A stretch of 64,000 nt of DNA from Lytechinus pictus (Eukaryota). This document shows positions 24,498 to 36,200 of the stretch, piece by piece. The position numbers were made by a program, and so were the translations under genes. The stretch spans positions 36,830,001 through 36,894,000 of the forward strand of contig NC_087251.1 of assembly GCF_037042905.1 (NCBI RefSeq), in the 5' to 3' direction. Each line of letters opens with the position of its first letter. Positions within the stretch are counted from its first letter, which is position 1. The notes beneath the pieces were generated by a model. That model made no database searches, was not told the DNA's origin, and worked only from the letters and a program-made list of their open reading frames with translations.

Positions 24498-24713
24498 GAT
24501 GAAGATATGCTGGAGGCTGGCAAGAAGAAGAAGCTTGTTGAAGATGAGGAAGAGAGTGAAGAAATTTGGCAGAATATGAAGACGATTACAGACACAAACC
24601 CAAAGAGTGAAAAGAAGAAGAGGAGGAAAACCAAGGAAACGAGTGAAACAGGGAAAAAGGACAATCTAGCCGGAAGAAAAAAGCTGAGATCTAGTAGAAC
24701 TGGGGAAGCCTGA
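24498..24713 (+). CDS. WDR74: WDR74 terminal coding exon, acidic then Lys-rich tail
   Basis: tctag acceptor; DEDMLEAGKKKKLVEDEEESEEIWQNM...KKKRRK...GEA*, in phase with exon 9; acidic/W/basic tail typical of WDR74. Confidence 0.85.
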   Translation, partial: DEDMLEAGKKKKLVEDEEESEEIWQNMKTITDTNPKSEKKKRRKTKETSETGKKDNLAGRKKLRSSRTGEA

Positions 24714-24867
24714 CGACCGGAGAATCTCAATAGAACTGCAAGATTTTTTATCCATGTAACATGCAAGAGGTTACTTTATGGACAGATTGTTGATTATTAA
24801 AGTATTATGTCATTCCATTCTTCAAAGATCGTATCAGGAACATTGACTTGGCCACAGTAGGGGATAA

Positions 24868-25298
24868 CAGACCTGCCAACCAGTACGTTTTAGCCGTATT
24901 TAGTACGTTTTTGCAACCAAAATATGGCAGTACGTTTTTTCTTTGAAAATACGTTTTTTGTTTTTAAAAAAAAAAATTGTAATTTATTGAGAAAAATAAT
25001 CTCTATATGTCTCTATTTCATGAAACGTACACAAATATGGTTATTAGATCAATGTTATTTCAGGTAACTTGTTTTTTTTTCAATCATTTTGTTAAAACCA
25101 GGGTGACGATATACACATGTTTTAATGTTTTTTTTTTTCATCTGCAAGAGCAGTGCGCATTTTAGCTTGCATGCAGCTTGAGCGCCGCGATGAGCGAGTG
25201 CGCCAAGCATTTTATTATGAAATACACTTTTTTTGGGAAAAATACAGTTTTTTTCATCACAGAATACAGTTTTTCATTCCCAGAGGTTGGCAGGTCTG
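24868..25298. mobile_element. hAT-like MITE with 6-bp TSD downstream of the WDR74 stop
   Basis: GGATAA|CAGACCTGCCAACC...GGTTGGCAGGTCTG|GGATAA, perfect 14-bp TIR. Confidence 0.8.
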
Positions 25299-25311
25299 GG
25301 ATAACAACCCC

Positions 25312-25443
25312 GGGACCCGTAACACAAAGCTTAGCGATCATCGTAGAACATTTTGATTACAATTGATTGTATTGGCTACGATGTACAATTAATTGTGAAA
25401 ATCAAGCGTATGATCAGTTGCTAACCTGTGTGTTACGGGACCC
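25312..25443. mobile_element. ~130-bp Harbinger-like MITE
   Basis: GGGACCCGTAACACA...TGTGTTACGGGACCC; inverted copy at 46526-46656. Confidence 0.75.
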
Positions 25444-27594
25444 ATATCTCAAATTGATGTGAACTTTTGACCACAAATTACAGAAAACTGGATTCTGTAT
25501 TTCACTACTGGGTTAAGAATACCAATATGTTTATATTTTATTTATGTTATTTGTTCAGAAAGTTCACTTTTTATAACCAGTAACCCTTTTTAAAGACTTA
25601 ACAATTATGTTTACTTTGACATCTTGGTGACAAGTTTATACAAATAAACTTCAGGTTAACAATATTTGGCCATCTTTTTTAGAAAAAAGATTAAGGTTCA
25701 TGTACCAGGCTGCAAATAAATGGAAATAGACCTTTATGAACTGTCACTTCTAGGCTATGGAACTTCCAACACTTATGTAATTCCTTTGGGGCATCAATTT
25801 ATAGATGGATGCCTTCAGCTCTCTTACTAATTAATTGTTCGAGATATGAATATTAATCATCACCAACATTATCAATCACAATTTTTAAAGATCAAGTATT
25901 AAAGCATATTGTAAGAAGACAGGAACATAAAATTTCTTGTTCTTTTCTCAGATTGACAAAAATCATTGGAAATTCTGTAATTCATGTAATCTCTTTTGTT
26001 GATGTTAATAATTAAAGAATAATAAGACTGTACATTTTTAATGTGACCTGTCTGTTTCATGTAAATGTTGTAAATGATAGTGCAATGGTGATTATTTGTG
26101 AGGGTGTGTCTATCTGTCTGTCTATCTGTTAGTGTGTGTGGGTGTGTGAGAGAGGTTGTAATGACCTACTTCTGTGGACATTTTCTTATACTTTACCAAT
26201 CAATCAGGGATGTTCTACAACCGGGGACGTCCCTGGTCCTGAACAACATGCCATTAAATTCCTTATCTCATTACAAACCATTTCATATAGTAAGTGGCTG
26301 ATTTGTAAAAAGATCAAGTTGTGTTAGTAGGAGGTAGGAAGCATCCACGATTAGAAAATTATGCTCACGCTATGTATTACCATGAGCACGATTAGTGAAT
26401 TTAATCAAGGAGCTTCCAACAAGCTCCTTGATTAAAATTAATTTTTTTTTAGTGTACTAGACTGCAAACACATGTCCCCACTTGACGATGTATGAGCGAA
26501 TCCCCAAATGTCAAATTAAAAGACTGTGTGTATGTGCCTGATACTAAGTTTTCTGTCCACTACTTTTACATCAACACACAGTATTATACTTCATCCATGA
26601 ATCCTGAAAGCAACCCTTCATATTTGATTTGATTTATTTATTTATTTATTTACTTGTTTATTCGTTCATTTATTCATTTATTTGTTCATCAGTTGATGTA
26701 TTGATATGAATGAGAAATACAAGGAAAACACAACATTTGACATTTTATGAATTACAAATAAACCTTACACATGGTGAACCATAAACCTTCTCCACGTTAA
26801 ATAAACCTGTAAGTAACCCCCCCCCCCCAAAAAAAAAAGCATAAACATGTGTGCAACAGCAACATAGAATGAAGTGAAGCAAATTGGAGGATTCCAAATC
26901 TAGACATTGTGCAACCCCAAACTGCTGTGATGAATTTTAAGAATATCATACTATTACGAAATTCTGAAAGAAATTCGGATTGTAAATGTACTTGGACTAT
27001 ATATCGAAATGCATTTGAAAATGTTCCCCCTATTAGACTGCTTATGAAAATTGACCCCTCCCCCGTTCTCTCTCCCTCTACCCCCTCTCTCTTTCTGTCT
27101 CTCATTCCATATCACTCCCACCCTTTCTCTTCCCTCTCTCTCTTTCCATCTACTTCCAATCTCCCTCCATATAAGGTCTTTATATTGATTTTATTCCACA
27201 GGTATTCACCCTACAGAATAACACGTTCATATCTAAAGAAGAAAGTAACCAAAGTATAACCATTCTAAAAAAAAATATTCATTACCCATTTTCAAATACT
27301 TTTTTTTTCCAGTGGAGGGGGGGGGGGAGGTATCAATAATTGCAATGTCTGCCTGTCTCATGTTCTGTCACTTGACGGTCTCCACACACTTTTTACTTAC
27401 CCCCGATCTCTCTTTATTCCCGAATTTTTTTCTCTTTCTTCCTCATTCTGTTAGTTAGCAATGTAATCCATGATCACATTTTTTGTGGTAACTGGTATTA
27501 CCCTTGTCTGGCATCTCGCCTGCATCTTATATGCATATCATATGCAGCAAGGGGCCCGTTGCAGCAAGGGATGCAATCAAGCGCTACTCCTTAA

Positions 27595-28185
27595 AGGACA
27601 AATCCACCCCAACAAAACATTTAATTGAATAAAAAGAGAAAAATCCAACAAGCATATAACACTGATTTCATCACAATCGGATGTAAAATAAGAAAGTTAT
27701 GACATTTTAAAGTTTCGCTTAACTTCACAAAACAGTTATATGTACATCCAGGTCGGTATGCAAATGAGGAAACTGATGACGTCATCCACTCACTATTTCT
27801 TTTGTATTTTATTATATGAAATATGAAATATTCGAATTTTCTCCTCATTGTCAAGTGAAACAGTGATTAATTCCTCCCTATACATGTGGAATTAGCATTG
27901 TTTAATACTATATGGTTCAGTCAAGTCGGTCCCTATATGGTCAAACCTATAAAAATGAAATATTGTATATTTCAAACAATAAAAAACAAAAGAAATAGTG
28001 AGTGATGGACATCATCGACTGACTCATTTGCATGTCACTGACTTGTACATATCACTGTTTTGTGAAAAATAAGCGAAAATTTAAAATGCTTTAACTTTCC
28101 GATTTTGATGAAATTTTCAGTGTTGTGCTCGTTTGATTTTTCTCTATTTATTCAAATCAACATTTTGCTGGGGTGGACTTGACCT
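27595..28185. mobile_element. Kolobok-type MITE with long TIRs
   Basis: TTAA|AGGACAAATCCACCCC...GGGGTGGACTTGACCT|TTAA; arms near-palindromic through most of the length. Confidence 0.85.
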
Positions 28186-29679
28186 TTAAATAAAACGCAA
28201 TATGAATTCAGCCAATCAGAAGGGCGGAGGCTATTTTGTGATTATGTCGTCGATTTTTAGTATGGTATAAACATTACTCTATCTGTAGCAGGCCAAAGTT
28301 CTTGTTATAACTAACATGCATTTCACATTAATGATGACGGCCTACAAGGTGGTCTCCCATCTGTTATAAAGTATAACATACATAGAATAGCACATAATAC
28401 CATTTTGGCATTAGGCTATAGCGCCTTTCCATAAACATGATAAATGCACAAAGCGCTTTACACTATGAAATAACAAAGAATGTAGTTACACGCTCCGGGT
28501 CCTTAGAAAAACAAAATATATATTGGACAGAAAATGCATATGAAGAAATGTGGAGCAATCCTGCATATAAAATCAGTAACCATCAATCATTATTCCTCTA
28601 CATACAGTAACACGTTATCTCCCTTAAATTCAAGTTTGTGGCTGCTTAAATGAAAAAATAATGGGCTTTGGCATATTCTAATTTTGGCATCATTATATAC
28701 GGGGCATGGACTGCATTGATTACGCTGTGATTTAATTTTTCTGAATTAAGTGTGTGAAAGAGGTAGTGTCATTGGAATTTTGTAATACTTGTTACACTGT
28801 AGAATAATATAGTGGTATATAAGAGAGCAGAATAAATTGGAATGGAATAGAATAAAACATGTACTGCTTTAAAACTAGTCTGTCGAATTATCATAATACC
28901 CTCTTGTACTCAAAATAAATACAAGAACAATTCAGGATCAGAAACATCAAATCTATCTTTCCCAAATTGTGCTGAATAGGTCTGGTATTATAAAGTTATG
29001 TGTAATCGGTATTTTTTTTAAATAGAAAATTATACTTAATCAGACAATAAAAGGTAAACAAAAATACTACTATTATATACAGCTTTGAAAATTGACAATG
29101 GTGAGTCTGTTGAAGGAGCTGGCGCCAAACCGAATGTGCCAAAATTGCTATAATGTACAAGGTACAGTGTGGGTGTTACCTGAATATTTTTTCTTTTTTT
29201 CCCAACCAACCCTTTCCAAGACAGTGCATCGTGTGTAACCTAAATCTTTCATTTACCGAGTAAAATAGAATTGAAAGGACGATATCCAGCTATCCTTTGA
29301 GGAACCTTGCTATGAACCAGCTATATGTCAACGTAATTATGTTGAGGGATGTTGACACGATCATGGTATTCAACCCAAACTACAGTTATACCAAAAAGAG
29401 CCTCAATACCCAGCTAGCAATGAGACCTGCATTATTCCATCGCTTTCGTTCGGAGTCAGGTCAAGCTATATAGATATATACGGGTTGCATAAAATTGAAT
29501 TTTACGAGTCGGACAATGTCATTTTTTCAAACGTGCATTAATTCATTAGGTCGTTTACATCGAATGGGCATGGACGGTATAAAAGTAATGATGTTTTTTG
29601 TGCGACAACCAGCTTTGAACTCATCCCAGAGTTAAACGAATGACGTTGGTGGCTTTACGACTGGAATGCTTTGCATCTG

Positions 29680-30159
29680 TAAAACATCTATAAGGGGGAG
29701 GCTACACGTCGTTGCTATACACACGGAAGACGCCAGCACTTGCTTTCTCGAGCACATCGAAAATTTCATATCGAATCGCCGGCCCGCGCTCGTCGCAGAC
29801 GGTGTAGGTATCTCTTTCTAACCCTCTCTCTCGAATGAGCTTCTGTATTTGCTTGTCGCGTCGCCACGGCCTCCAACTCCGGGTGTGCGCCAAAACGGAA
29901 CACCATCATCATGTTGTCTGGCACGCATACGCTGTAAGATTCAAATAAGTTTTCTTGGATAAAAAGGTACCCCTTGTTTCCATGATGGGGCCCCTCCCTC
30001 AATCCAGCATCACCATGAAGGGTGTTTCGTGTAGTAACGACCATGCTGAATGCTCTCATCTACCGCCAAGTGTTGGATCGCTCCCTCCATGTTACCCATC
30101 CCGCCATTCCTGTGAACATTTATCGGACTATACGCATTGGGGTTTTTCTCTCTGCCATC
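29680..30159 (+). promoter_or_regulatory. CpG-rich putative promoter/5' UTR
   Basis: Dense CpG at 29700-29900 against an AT-rich background; TATA-like ctataag at ~29688; lies directly upstream of the putative first exon. Confidence 0.4.
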
Positions 30160-30318
30160 ATGTCTTCTCCGCCCAGCCCTCCTCCACCTCCCCCTCCTCT
30201 TCCTCCAGAAGAGATTGTTAAGTGTAGGAAAAGTTTTTCTTTGGAAAGCCAGCATCAAGGATTAAGACCCGAACCCTCAATCAGTTCGGTGAAAATGTCG
30301 GAGTCTATCTTCAGTAAC
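30160..30318 (+). CDS. Probable first coding exon of an unidentified gene (proline-rich N-terminus)
   Basis: gccatcATG context; 53 codons MSSPPSPPPPPPPLPPEEIVKCRKSFSLESQHQGLRPEPSISSVKMSESIFSN end at a GTAAGT donor where the sequence turns abruptly AT-rich; an upstream in-frame ATG at 30043 is an alternative start. Confidence 0.55.
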
Positions 30319-30569
30319 GTAAGTGAATTATCTTTAATTTAGATTATTAATAATGAGTAAGTATTAAGTCTTTTGTAATTGTCGCGGTAATTATAAATGA
30401 ACGAATGGATGAATGAATGAAAGAATAAGACTGAATACTGAATTCTAACCTTAGTTTAGATTACTTATTTCTAATTATTATAAATTATTATATCAATTTA
30501 TATTTCGAAAATCACTCAAACAATTTTCAGGTTAAATCTTAACAGGGCCTATCTCCATCTCCATCAGCA

Positions 30570-30705
30570 GCAGCATTGTTGTTATGGTTATTATTATTGT
30601 TGTTGTTATCATTATTGTTATCATCTCGGTAGTAGTAGTAGTAGTCGTTGTAGTATAAAAAGTAGTAAATAGTATTATCATCATTATTCAATTTTTTATC
30701 GTCGT
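30570..30705. repeat. Compound (TTA/TTG/TAG)n microsatellite
   Basis: Visible trinucleotide runs. Confidence 0.85.
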
Positions 30706-31982
30706 CGATATTTCCACTGTTATAATACAAGTTTTTCCGCAATAGTAATTATTAAGATTCAGTGTCATATTTTTGTAACTATTTATTTTTATCTGATTTA
30801 AAATCATTATGTGAATATGCATTAAGAATTTACCATTGACATGTCACTTTTGAAAATCTATGAAACTTAATTTCTCATAATGTATTGAAGGGTTCTACTT
30901 TTTTAAATATTCGGTTTTGTTGTAACTTTCATCGTGAAACTAACATCTGTCCTTCATTTCATATCATTAGATATGGTTCTAATAATGTTTATTTGTCTCG
31001 ATTTCAAGCAGATGTTTTTAGCATGTGTGTTTGTCTTTAAATCAATTACATTGTCGCTCAAGATATTTTGTTATTAATTAATTTTCCGTGGTTTTTAATG
31101 ATGAAAGAGAAGGAGACTTAAATCGAATCTGGAACAGAAGTTAATGACGTTCTTTGAGTTTTAAATAAAATATCATATTCTCAAGTATGTTCAATGAAAG
31201 TCATTAACTTTCATTGAAGATATTTAAAACAAATCGCCATGTAAATAATAGCTTTTATAGGTACATCTTTACACAGTATATTTCTGGCTCTGAATATTTT
31301 ATAAAAAGGGACTTCAAGTAAACAAAGTAACCTACAAAATAAAATGTATGTACGAGAATGCAATAAAAAGAAGAAGATTCCCCTCTTCTTTGAAAGATGC
31401 AAGATCGCAGCGATCCCATGGGCTCTATCATCGCAATTTAATTTGCTGATCGTGTCTTTTCAAGGATGTAATCTATCTTTTCTCTAGTATCATCTCTCTC
31501 AACCTTTACTTTTTCCCCATTCTCTCCCCCCCCCCCCTCTCTCTCTCTTTCTGTTTTATATATCATGGCTTGCCAGCATTGGTCTTTCCATGATCTTTGA
31601 TTTTTAATTCACTTTTACGGTTATGTTTTGTTTCATTGTAAATTCTTTGTATGAAATGCACTTTGTACCTTTTCAAGAAAAGGCGCTATAAAATTTAATC
31701 ATTATTATTATTATTATTATTATTGTTATTATTATTATCATTATTATCTCCCTCTCATATCTCCTCCCCTCTCTCTCTCTCTCTCTCTCTTTATACTGTA
31801 TGTATCTTATTCTTTTTATTTTCTGTTTCAATAATGTCAATCACTCCGGAATCTCTAATTCATTTCTGTTTTTATTTTCAACCCACTTCCTCTGTCTCTT
31901 CATATATGTCTTTGATATAATTTTTATGTTTTATTTCTATAAATGTCAATTACGTCCATTTTTTTTTCATACCTTTAATGTG

Positions 31983-32140
31983 GGGATGTCATGGTCTAGT
32001 GGATACGACTCTCGTCTTTCAATCAGAGGGACGTGAGTTCGAATCCCAGCCATGACGTGTTTTCCTTCAGCAAGGAGCGCAGTAGAGTATATGAAATTAT
32101 AGAAGGTGCGCTATATATTAATGGACCATATTATTATTAT
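31983..32140 (+). mobile_element. Internally deleted tRNA-derived SINE
   Basis: tggtctagtgg A box, gagttcgaatccc B box, then tttccttcagcaag jumps to a gcgctatata..(tta)n tail. Confidence 0.7.
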
Positions 32141-32540
32141 TACCCCCCCCCCCCTCTCTCTCTCTCTCTCTCATTCGTGGGATATCATCTGATGAAGACA
32201 AGAATACTTCAGAACAAGAAATACAATAAATCATGAAGTTGTAAGTAATTGCCAATTTTATTCGGTTTAAGGCATAATGGCAAGCCTAACTTACCAATGG
32301 TCATTTCGAATTTGAATAGTTGTATGGGAACTCTTTATTATTATTTATTCCCCCCCCCCTTTCGTGCCCTCGTTTATAAGGGGCAATTGAGCCCCCGAAT
32401 TTATTTTCTTTCACCTCTCCCCCAATCCATTGGTTCCCTCTCTCTCACTGGAAAAAGAAAATATGACAGGTTTCTTTTTCGTCACATACAGAATACTTCA
32501 TCACTGTACTCAAAACATAGAAAAGAAACATGATATATTA

Positions 32541-33265
32541 TGCGATCGTTCCGAATATTGCATGAGTGTCCAAGTTGAAACAGTCTATTCAACGACGCGA
32601 AGCGGAGTTGAATAGACTGTTTCAACTTGCAACGAATGTAATATTCGGAACGTCGCACGAATACAACATTGAATATTTGTTTTATACAACACCGATAGCT
32701 TACACTTTAGACTAGATCTAGATAGGCTAGATCTATATGTCTAGTCTCTGACTAACGCGCGTTAGGTCTTATTTTGCTTACAATGTTGTCTTTTGAGCGT
32801 CAGTAGATTTACTCCAGTACTGTCAACATAGATCCATAAAGTCATCGATCCATGAAGTCCAATTTGTGAACGAATTCCATAAAACCCAGAAGGAAATCCA
32901 GAAGGTACGCAGCCGTACCCTGGGAATAATTTGCTTAGCAACGTACGTACGCGCATTGTGTTCAGCTTAGCAACGTGTATGCGCAGTGCTACGTACATCG
33001 GTCAGAGATACGAAAACGTGATTACGCGCGTATACCGCTAATTCACTTAACGTGTACGGGGCTATCAATGGGTTCAGTGTGCCCAGGGATCTTGCAGTGC
33101 TGGCTCATTTACTTAAGCGTGCTATAGTCGACTATAGCACGAGCGTGCAATAGTCGACTATAGCACGGCTAGCATATCTTAGCGTGCTATAGCTGATTCA
33201 TCTGAATGTCATGTGACACGCTTTCATCCAATCAGCTGTCAAGGATCTATACATGTGTTGTATAA
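32541..33265. mobile_element. Hairpin-ended non-autonomous element (possibly Crypton-like)
   Basis: 117-nt hairpin at 32541-32657; ttatacaacac (~32682) / gtgttgtataa (~33255) inverted pair; internal palindromes; family assignment is from recollection only. Confidence 0.5.
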
Positions 33266-36200
33266 GAAGCAATGCCGGGAAGCTGCCATATTTTTAATGG
33301 TGAGAGAAATAATGAAATAGGCACGCATATAGGGGGTGAAAGAGAACCGCTCGGTGCGTTAATTCATGACCATGAAACAGATCCTCTCAAAGGGCGCATC
33401 ATACCCACCGCCATCATCACTGCTCATATCGACTAGGGAATACTCGCAGTTTATGGTTGTGTTAAATCATTTTTCCAAAAGAGATTAACGAGAGGGTTAG
33501 GGGGCTCTCGCAGCTTACGGGGAGGCATCTAATAAGCAGCCAATAAAGATGTGTACCAATTTTTATATGGACCCTTTATCATAAAGTTCGGGCATTGATT
33601 GTATGATTGATTTTTTAAGATTGATTGAATTTCATTTTGTGCTGTCATACTTATATAATAAATCATACAAATCATTTACTACAAGGAGGATATAGAGAAG
33701 GAATTTGTTGAAGGATGGCAAATATATGTTTTTCTCGATATACATAAGGCTGTCAATGGCGGGTTTGAAATGAAATGAAGTAGTTGCTGTATAGCCATGA
33801 ATCCTACAGGAATATGGTATAGCCCTGTTGACAACGGCACAGTAAATGTAATGCTTTAGAATTCAATACACAATGAAAAATATGTATGTGTAACAATTCA
33901 TTGATATTATAGCGTCAGAATAACTACACATTATCACGTTAGCCCGTTTGTATATCGTCTGCAAAGGTATATAAGAGTCACTATTTTCCATGCTTTTAAC
34001 ACAAGATTCTCTAACTCCATTCATAAAAAATACGACAATGCCTTCAATATTTAGCTTACTGACTTCGCTTTCTTGCTTGTTTGTATTTTTTAAGCATTAT
34101 ATATTTTATTATTTTTTTTGCCCCCAAAATATTCCTGTGTATATATTGCGATAAAAATTACAGCGCATTTAGAATGACATTAAAGCTATAAAGACAGACT
34201 TTTTTTTAAATAATGGCAAGTTATGAAATACAAAAGTAAATTGTCACAGGTTTTTATGGTTCAATAAAAACCCTGTTTCCTAATCACCTTTTTTTCAAAC
34301 TATTAAAAGGCAGGTCACGTATTAGCACAATTCTTAGGGGCTGTCTGCTAAGTGTAATCAAACTGTGAAATGTATTCCCTCTTTATCGACCTGTTTACTA
34401 TGGAGAGGGAAAAAATCTTGTTTGATGAAACCTTTCCATTTGACATCGACCCCCATTTTGGTGAGGATTATTTCAGAATAGAACTTCGCATGTTATTTCT
34501 CATTCTTTTTGTATCCACATTATCCGAATTGTGCTCCGTTTTTTGACAAGGGCATTTCAAAATAGAATTCAGCATTTTATTTATTTTTTCTTATTATTCT
34601 TACCTGTTTTGATGAAACTCCATTCATGCAAAGTTTTAATTTACGCTCACTATTTCAGGTCACATATAGTTCTGCATCTCTTTTCTTAAATGTTTATTAA
34701 GCTAAATTTGAAATGTGTATTTCATAAGTAAGAGTGAACACCGTAGTGTTGGCCTACTGATGATTCAATCTGTCCAAGTTCAATTCACCTCCTTTTATTT
34801 CTTTTTAATGATATATAATTTCCTTTTTAATAGGTTGTGTCACTATACAGCTGAATAACGGTAATACAAAAATAAAAAGAAAATAAAAAAAGAAAAGAGG
34901 ATCTCCTGATACCTAAGCAGATACAATTTACTTGAAATGGCCCTGTTATTTTGATGATGATGATGTCCTTGTATGAGCATTGTTCCATGACCACTGATGA
35001 CCAGTATTCACAGAATCATAGTGCTTAAGAACTGCTTGTATTACACTCATACTCCCGCAGTCTTGACGTTCACCGAGGCATAATGACTGCTGTTTTAGCA
35101 ATAAAAGACAGGGCGGCGCCAGAGTAGTTTGATCAGGGACAAGAAGAGTTAATTGTGACGTCATTTTTTTAAATAGGCGAATATAGACTTACACGATCAA
35201 GATCTCTATTTTTATAGTCTTTCCTCTCCATACTCTCCTTTTCTCCCTCCTCTCCTCCACTTTCCCTTCTTTTTACATCACTTGATTAATCATGCGCGAA
35301 TCCCCTTGTCCCACATAGCACCGCCGCGCATCTGTTCATGATTATAAGATTATAATATTTAGATGTCGCTAAAAACACATGGCTACCAGCCATATAGGTT
35401 TATAGTAGATTCGTCAGTTCTGTCTTAATAAAGATTAATTTTTCAATTAGGTCACTATTGCGCAATCAGAAAACTCAAGCGTTATACCTCAACATTCGAG
35501 AGTACCAAGAAAATATCACATTTTACAAAATGATTAACTTCGCATAATTGTTAGCCATTACCTTGGTAATAAACTTTTAACAAATCGCCCTCCAAGCCTC
35601 TTAATTCTGATTTACCACTCATAAGCTCATAGATTCCGCAGCTTTCATTTTCATCTTGATTATTGGTATAAACTCCATATACCGTATTTAAAGGGTTTTA
35701 AATTGCAATAATGGATTTATCACAACACAATTCCAATTCAATGGGGTTCTTAATCATTATATAGTGCTACTTATAATTAATGTATAAAAGTAACCCTTTG
35801 TCACGCAATTGTTTGTGAAGTGCAATTCAACAGCTTCACACGCATCCCCCTCACCCCACACACACCCTCACCCACACACACAACATCCTACGTCTAGTCC
35901 AATCAAATAAATTGTAATTTTTCGGCATCTTTAAACTACTTTATACTCTTCAACGCCGGAAAATGTTACATTTTTAAGAGTTGGTATCATATCTGACGTG
36001 AAGGAAGTAAAGTGTACGATATCAGTGAGAATAGGTTAAGCATGTGCATAGGGGATCTTTTGAAAGGTGTTTTGGAAGGGCTACGAAACGACTGCAAGAA
36101 GCATATTCTGTAGCGTGTTCTGTTGATTTTATTGCTTTACATGTTATCATGGCTGTACTAAAGGGGAAAATGTGAAACTGAAGAGGCCTTCATAAACCAG

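Noticed and set aside
26625..27040. Possible minus-strand LINE 3' remnant
   Set aside because: Only a weak peptide resemblance and an (aaat)n-like tail; too degraded to call
29702..30258. Overlapping minus-strand ORFs suggesting frameshifting or TGA readthrough
   Set aside because: No recognisable domain; best explained as the antisense shadow of a GC-rich + strand leader and exon that has a clear donor site
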